Of a stretch of DNA of 39,988 bases, positions 34,891-39,988 are shown piece after piece. The position numbers and the translations under genes are program-made. The DNA is from a virus. Lineage: Duplodnaviria; Caudoviricetes. The stretch covers positions 1 to 39,988 of IMG/VR virus record IMGVR_UViG_3300042804_000018, one strand, 5' to 3'. The notes beneath the pieces were generated by a model. The model saw only the letters and a list, made by a program, of their open reading frames with translations, searched no databases and was not told where the DNA came from. The stretch's first letter is position 1; every line of letters starts with the position of its first letter.

Positions 34891-35249
34891 TACCGTCTTG
34901 CCCATCGTTCTCCTTCGCGAGCAGTGAGCGATGAGTGACATTGTTTGCACAGGCTCATAAGGTTACTGTCTGCATTGGTTCCGCCTTTGGATAAAGGGAT
35001 AATATGATGTACCTCTTCGGCTGGTGTAAGCCTTCCGTACTTTTGGCACTCCTCGCAAAGCGGATGCTCTGAGATATATCTGTCCCTGATGCGTCTCCAT
35101 CTCCGGCCATAGCGTTTTCTTGTTTGGGGATCTCGTTCGTATTTGTTGTAATAAGCATCCACTTGCCTTTGATGCATGTCACAGTACCTTCCGTCCGTCA
35201 GTTCAGGACAGCCGGGAAAGGAGCAAGGCCTTTTTGGCTTTCTTGGCAT
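34890..35249 (-). CDS. Phage HNH endonuclease (terminase-associated)
   Basis: HPLCEEC...EVHHIIPLSKGGTN...NLMSLCKQCH. Confidence 0.93.
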   Translation of the reverse strand: MPRKPKRPCSFPGCPELTDGRYCDMHQRQVDAYYNKYERDPQTRKRYGRRWRRIRDRYISEHPLCEECQKYGRLTPAEEVHHIIPLSKGGTNADSNLMSLCKQCHSSLTAREGERWARR

Positions 35250-35330
35250 CTGGCCACCTCCTTTACGGGTATAAAAAAAGCCCTCACAGGTTCATCCCAT
35301 GAAGGCTTATCCATAACCTTTCACAATACC

Positions 35331-35375
35331 ATTATATTTGGATTTATAATGAATTTCATCTCATAAAAATCTCAT
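35331..35375 (-). promoter_or_regulatory. Activator-dependent late promoter, copy 1
   Basis: ATGAGATTTTTATGAGATG, 20 bp, TATAAT on minus strand. Confidence 0.65.
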
Positions 35376-35383
35376 CTTAAATA

Positions 35384-35614
35384 CTAAACAGCACAATTGC
35401 TTTTCACCCATGGCATCCTGCCGTTATAATACTTATCGGAAATATACCGCTGCATATGGGGTGGTAAAGCTGCAAGCAAAAGATAAGCCTTTTTTCTGTC
35501 TTCCTCTAAATCTTGGGTGCTTTTATAGAAGGAACATTTATCTTGCAAGCACTTGTGTACAGTCAGGATATTGCAGCCATTCCTTCCGTTACTGCCAAAA
35601 CAATTATCGTACAT
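35384..35614 (-). CDS. Small Cys-rich hypothetical protein
   Basis: 76-aa ORF, GTG start behind SD AGGAG..AGGA, flanked by duplicated promoter. Confidence 0.7.
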   Translation of the reverse strand: MYDNCFGSNGRNGCNILTVHKCLQDKCSFYKSTQDLEEDRKKAYLLLAALPPHMQRYISDKYYNGRMPWVKSNCAV

Positions 35615-35691
35615 CTTTCCTCACTCCTGTTTTATGGCATAAAAAAAGCCCCGAAGGGCTTATGAATTTTTATATCATTTTCCACGATATC

Positions 35692-35736
35692 ATTATATAT
35701 GGGATACCTGTGTTTTACATCTCATAAAAATCTCAT
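35692..35736 (-). promoter_or_regulatory. Activator-dependent late promoter, copy 2
   Basis: Identical 19-mer (35718-35736), 20 bp, TATAAT. Confidence 0.65.
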
Positions 35737-35738
35737 TT

Positions 35739-36194
35739 CTACTTCCCGTATAAAAGCAGTGCCAGATGATTAAGCGCCTTGTCCTTCCTACGGTACACCT
35801 GTGCTCTTTCAAGAAACAGCTTCTCTCCGATGTTTGCTACAGCTTCTGTCTTGCTCACATCATTAACAAAAAATTCTGTCAGTATAAACTGTTCTTCCTC
35901 CGACAGGGCTTCCCAAGCAGGCTTGAACCACTCCATATATTCTAATGCCCGTCTGTAACGTTCTTTCAACACATCAATCTCGTCAAGGCAAGCAGCAAGG
36001 CGTTCTTCGCCGCTTTTGGGATTGTGTTTGCCCGGAACTCCGGTAATCTTTGCACTGTAAGGGCTTGTCATACGGGTTTCAATTTCATATATATCCTCAT
36101 CACTGTGTTCGATAATGTACTGCATGCTGCTGTAATCTTTCAAAGCTTCAACAGCAGCCGCTTTTTTATCTAAATACTGCCATGCAATCAGCAT
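35739..36194 (-). CDS. Phage late transcriptional activator-like protein (RinA/ArpU/DUF1492-like)
   Basis: C-terminal sigma4-like HTH AWEALSEEEQFILTEFF...ERAQVYRRKDKALNHL; last gene before the packaging operon; start moved to ATG 36194. Confidence 0.7.
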   Translation of the reverse strand: MLIAWQYLDKKAAAVEALKDYSSMQYIIEHSDEDIYEIETRMTSPYSAKITGVPGKHNPKSGEERLAACLDEIDVLKERYRRALEYMEWFKPAWEALSEEEQFILTEFFVNDVSKTEAVANIGEKLFLERAQVYRRKDKALNHLALLLYGK

Positions 36195-36285
36195 ATCGCA
36201 CCTCCAAAAAATCAAGATAAAAAACCTTGATCTTTGAAGCAGTGTGCTTTTTTTCGTTGCTTTGCAGTGCTTGTTTCCTTGTTCG

Positions 36286-36588
36286 TTATATCTTCGTTCT
36301 TTGCAGAAGGCCATGCTTTTCCAGAATAACCTTCACCTCATCTACCGAATGGACAACCGCTGCCACTCCTCCGGCATTGAGGATTTTTTTGATGGTTGCT
36401 TCCTGCAGTTTTGTTGTCTTTCCCGATGGGGTTTTTACTTCAAAAGCTATAAACCGTCCATTAACACAGGCAATAATGTCTGGTATCCCCGCTGTCCCGT
36501 ACATACCACCATGTGCCTTCCAACAGAAACACCCCGGTACTGTCTTTAAGTACCGCAGTACTTTAGTCACAATACTTTTTTCAGACAT
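36286..36588 (-). CDS. VRR-NUC domain nuclease
   Basis: GIPDIIAC..GRFIAFEVKTPSGKTTKLQ. Confidence 0.92.
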   Translation of the reverse strand: MSEKSIVTKVLRYLKTVPGCFCWKAHGGMYGTAGIPDIIACVNGRFIAFEVKTPSGKTTKLQEATIKKILNAGGVAAVVHSVDEVKVILEKHGLLQRTKI

Positions 36589-36609
36589 AACCGCTCATCC
36601 TCCAAAAAT

Positions 36610-36878
36610 GTTACCTTTTTCCCTCTTATAACCTCGTAACATCCAAAAAGGGCATCTCATAAATCAGCTTCCCAAGCGTTTTTCAGGATTTTGTTACCTT
36701 GTTACCTCTTTTTGGGGTAGGTGTATACACAAATATTTTTATTTTTATATTTTTTAGTCTTAAAAAAGCAATGGTACTTTCGCGCGTATATATAAAGTTG
36801 AGGTAACAAAGGTAACATCGGTAACAAGTGGCTATTCATCAGCGTTTCTGGCGTTACCTTTTTGTTACCTTGTTACCT
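36610..36878. repeat. Iteron cluster, probable replication origin
   Basis: GTTACCT at 36610, 36693, 36701, 36853, 36864, 36872; reverse (A)GGTAAC at 36801, 36810, 36820; AT-rich core about 36730-36770. Confidence 0.75.
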
Positions 36879-36887
36879 TTTTCAATA

Positions 36888-39443
36888 CTAAAGAGGCTCA
36901 ATATCTGTGATTTCAAAGCCGCTCACATCGCATCGCTCTTTCAGTATTGAGAAATCAAGAGCCCACGCTTTTTTTGTTTCATTCCCGAAACGCATCGTTT
37001 TATTGCTCTCTATAAAAAAGTCACTTTGCCTCAATTGCTTCAAAAACTGGTTATATGGAAGACATTCACCAGTGATTGCATAATCGCGTCTGTACTTGGT
37101 ATAGCGGTCATATACATCACAGAAACGAATCCCGATAACCTTGCCATCTTTATCAAAAGTGTAGTCTTGATTCGGAGCCAGTTTCATCCGGGCCATGATT
37201 TCCAGCGTCTGTTCTACAATGGTCTTGTTATTGCTGCCGCCATCCAGCAAGTACTCCTGCACACCGTTTTGAAGATATCGAATACATGTCACTTTGTTAA
37301 TGGGAAACACTTCAGACCATGTAACATTAAGGAACTCACATAGTTTGTTTACTAGGCTCAGTCCTGCATAGCAACAGGCGAGATTATTGACGATACGAGA
37401 TGGAAACTCATCAGATATCTCTGACTTTGCTTCCTCATACCACTTCTCTGCCTCAGCAACCGATACTCTGAGTGCTGTATCCAGCAGGCTCCGACCGAAG
37501 CTGCCAAGCAGATCCGCTTTTGCACACAGCTTATAAAATGCTTGTCTATGGCTGGCTGGTTTTAAGTCCTTCTTGCTGAATAGCAATTCTATGCTCCGTT
37601 CTCTGATGGCCGCTTCATCCGGCGATTCCTCACCAGCTACAATAATAGGTGCCAACAGTTCATAAGTAACAGCACTTTGATCCGCCCTACCGCGGACACC
37701 TTCATGGCCGTCATATGCATCTCGAAGATGGTTGTATAAGGCATTTAGCCTTAACTTATCTATCTTTGAAGGCTTAAACTCATCCATCAACTGTGGTATC
37801 AGATTCGATGATGCAGATTCCTTCATCAGCGTAAATGCAGTAACCTGTGTAGCCGCGCGGATTTTACTGCACGAAAATACCGGCAGAATAACCCGCTCCA
37901 ATGTATTACTTTTTCCGCTGCCTTGTTCTCCGACAAGCAATAAATGAGGAAACTTGATACCTGATTTTTTTAGATGCGGTTTGATAAAGCACCCGGCCAC
38001 CCAGGCCATTACTGATACCGTTTTTATGGGCTCGTTATAGCTGAGAAGCCATTCACCAAGCATAATAAGCTGTTCCTTTGTCAATGGTTCAAAGATTAGG
38101 ATATCGGTTGTTATGCTTTTATACTTATCAAGCTGCACGATATCTTCAACAATGTTGCCTCCGGCTTCAATGGCACCATCCGTTGAAACATATACCATCC
38201 GCCCGCCATGCTCATAAATCCCAAGAGCCTTGACCCCTGTTTTCCTTACCCACTCCATTTCAGATATATAACCTTTCAGCAGTTCCAAATCTCCTTCTGA
38301 GCCAAAATAGCCTAAGGATATCGTCCGGCGGTTCAAGATATTTTTAAATTTTTGGATGTTATTGAAGTCGGTAGTCATAAATGTCTGGCGGTATATTTCA
38401 TCACGAATTGTAATAAGATCAGCAGTCATCTGCGTTTCATCTTCTGATACAATCATCTCCACCGGTTGAATGATAAAGTTTGTTATAGGATACACACTTT
38501 CGCCTCTGGTGCGGTAATACCTGCCCTCATGTTCAAAGATAACTGACTCGCTTTCGCGGCTGTATACGTTCTCTGTGACTTCAATGGCCTTATCCAGTGT
38601 CTCCTGCCCATATGTTGCTCCACTTGCATGATGTACCGTATCCCACTTTTCCCGGAATAACCCGGAATTTCTAAACAGCCTGTCCATCTGCTCTTTGTTT
38701 TTGCCTGACCAGAAAGCTAGCATACAGCAAAGGGCAAGGTCGGCTTCGGAATGGCTCGGATACCCTGCTTCCTGCCATTTTCCTTCCCATAGCAGATTAA
38801 ATTCCTTATGGTTTTCGGCTGTCCGGGCTTTCTCCAGAATTTCTTCATCTGTAAGCGGCTCTAGCTTAAAATTCTTACGGTTTTTCTTGCTTTTTCCTCT
38901 CCGCTTCTTGCTTTTGATATAGTTCTCATGTATCCAGGCCAGTGCTCCGTTATCTTCAGTAATGTAATCAGGAGTCCCTGGCAGTCGCTCGCCAGTCATT
39001 GTGAAGTATCTGCTGTGGGCATACATTTCAACGCCGGTTTTAGTGTTTTTATTGCCCTTGGCAGGCATCTCCCCTTTATAGAAAATATGAAGCCCAGTTC
39101 CTGAAGGGCTGATTTCCGTATAGGACGGAAACCGCTCAAGGATATCCTTGGCGGTATCGTTTAATTCTCCCGTATTTTTGTCGCGGCAGTGATCGATGTC
39201 AACTCCTACTAAGCCTCCGCTTTTTGCGAATACAAAACCTAATCCGGTATAGAGATATTGTTCTTTTGCCGCAATCGCATCGTCAAGGGTCGACCAGTCG
39301 TTTGGGTTAGTGCTTGAGGCTTTTCTACCGGTTAAGGGATTGTAAGGGATTTTACTGTCTCTTCCGTCCTTTGTGTTTGGTTCCAGACGCCAGCAGATCC
39401 ATTGCTTCCGGTTTGCTAATTCTTTAGGGAATGAGATGCTCAC
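36888..39443 (-). CDS. Primase-polymerase (AEP, NrS-1-like) fused to P-loop helicase
   Basis: GVDIDHC, YTEISPSGTGLHIF, RYFTMTG; SEADLALCCMLAFW helical domain; GEQGSGKS and LMDE. Confidence 0.88.
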   Translation of the reverse strand: MSISFPKELANRKQWICWRLEPNTKDGRDSKIPYNPLTGRKASSTNPNDWSTLDDAIAAKEQYLYTGLGFVFAKSGGLVGVDIDHCRDKNTGELNDTAKDILERFPSYTEISPSGTGLHIFYKGEMPAKGNKNTKTGVEMYAHSRYFTMTGERLPGTPDYITEDNGALAWIHENYIKSKKRRGKSKKNRKNFKLEPLTDEEILEKARTAENHKEFNLLWEGKWQEAGYPSHSEADLALCCMLAFWSGKNKEQMDRLFRNSGLFREKWDTVHHASGATYGQETLDKAIEVTENVYSRESESVIFEHEGRYYRTRGESVYPITNFIIQPVEMIVSEDETQMTADLITIRDEIYRQTFMTTDFNNIQKFKNILNRRTISLGYFGSEGDLELLKGYISEMEWVRKTGVKALGIYEHGGRMVYVSTDGAIEAGGNIVEDIVQLDKYKSITTDILIFEPLTKEQLIMLGEWLLSYNEPIKTVSVMAWVAGCFIKPHLKKSGIKFPHLLLVGEQGSGKSNTLERVILPVFSCSKIRAATQVTAFTLMKESASSNLIPQLMDEFKPSKIDKLRLNALYNHLRDAYDGHEGVRGRADQSAVTYELLAPIIVAGEESPDEAAIRERSIELLFSKKDLKPASHRQAFYKLCAKADLLGSFGRSLLDTALRVSVAEAEKWYEEAKSEISDEFPSRIVNNLACCYAGLSLVNKLCEFLNVTWSEVFPINKVTCIRYLQNGVQEYLLDGGSNNKTIVEQTLEIMARMKLAPNQDYTFDKDGKVIGIRFCDVYDRYTKYRRDYAITGECLPYNQFLKQLRQSDFFIESNKTMRFGNETKKAWALDFSILKERCDVSGFEITDIEPL

Positions 39444-39865
39444 TTACACTGCACCTCCTCGCATCGTTCATTAAAATACCGAATCGGAATGCTGCGCTGC
39501 TTTGCCTTTTCAATCTCAATGGACATCCCGTTAGTGATTTTTCTGCCAAATACCCACACTTCTGAGCACTTTGACATCAGTACCATGCCAAAGAACAATC
39601 CCAGATTTCTCATTTGTTCATCATCGTCATCCATAAACTGCGGAAACAAGAGGTGCGGAGCAATAGGTATGCAATTTCTGCTCACTGCAAATCGGCAGTA
39701 CCCCTGAGCCTTACGGATATTACGTTCTATATCACCAGCATATGGGCTGCAGATAAATACCATCGGTCTGTAAGGCGCTTTCCTGGCCTCTCGCTCAATC
39801 CTAAGCAGTGCTTCATAAGGTGTGGGGTCGTAATATCCTTCCGCGTTAAACTTGCTGATACTCAT
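39440..39865 (-). CDS. DUF4406-like (nucleoside deoxyribosyltransferase-like fold) phage protein
   Basis: VFICSPYAGD, PIAPHLLFPQF, KCSEVWVFG, GMSIEIEKA. Confidence 0.8.
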   Translation of the reverse strand: MSISKFNAEGYYDPTPYEALLRIEREARKAPYRPMVFICSPYAGDIERNIRKAQGYCRFAVSRNCIPIAPHLLFPQFMDDDDEQMRNLGLFFGMVLMSKCSEVWVFGRKITNGMSIEIEKAKQRSIPIRYFNERCEEVQCK

Positions 39866-39880
39866 GGTATTACCCCCTGC

Positions 39881-39988
39881 CTATGCGCTTTTTTGTTCAC
39901 GTTCGATTACAGGCAATATACCTTTCTTGTTTTTAAGAAGGTCATAGATAAATAGCCTTCCTTTTTGTGTCCAATATGTGTGCATTAC
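39881..39988 (-). CDS. Phage antirepressor C-terminus (KilAC/ANT), partial
   Basis: Manual translation VMHTYWTQKGRLFIYDLLKNKKGILPVIEREQKSA*. Confidence 0.8.
   Translation of the reverse strand, partial: VMHTYWTQKGRLFIYDLLKNKKGILPVIEREQKSA

Larger units (their letters stand above)
23865..39988 (-). mobile_element. Defective chimeric cos-type prophage region (replication and packaging genes)
   Basis: Co-oriented primase, VRR-NUC, HNH, TerS, TerL, portal, Clp; no capsid, tail or lysis genes; duplicated module; extends beyond window. Confidence 0.88.

Noticed and set aside
36610-36878. Possible CRISPR or coding repeat
   Set aside because: 7-bp units, irregular spacing, both orientations; fits iterons
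1-39988. tRNA, rRNA, retron or diversity-generating retroelement
   Set aside because: No cloverleaf, rRNA-like tract or reverse transcriptase seen by eye; a covariance search was not possible

Overview
Low-GC Firmicutes (Clostridia-like) accessory region with no core housekeeping genes. It is a chain of mobile elements, almost all on the minus strand. Right to left: (A) ~24.7-40 kb, a cos-type prophage arm (antirepressor end, primase-polymerase/helicase, iteron origin, VRR-NUC, late activator, HNH, TerS, two ParB-methyltransferases, amidoligase/GGCT module, TerL, portal, Clp protease) with no capsid or tail genes in the window; (B) ~23.9-24.7 kb, a fragment of a second related prophage joined to A by an in-frame deletion; (C) ~13.4-23.9 kb, an integrative mobilisable/ICE remnant (two HEPN-like genes, relaxase, TetR plus small exporter, IS3, Cys-rich KTR peptide, Tn916 Orf7/Orf8-like regulators, conserved non-coding tract, mazF pseudogene, large serine recombinase ending in an rlmD/rumA-like att site); (D) 1-13.4 kb, the start of another phage-like element with type III R-M, an ABC-three-component (Lamassu-like) operon, sigma factor/Rha early genes, an IS and the 5' end of cadA. 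Best leads: a Lamassu-like operon whose effector slot holds an apparently non-catalytic, repressor-like domain next to phased repeats; a multi-hairpin RNA leader before the sigma/Rha genes; a Tn916 canT-like RNA; and non-canonical start codons on both terminase copies. All family calls come from motif recognition by eye. No searches were run.
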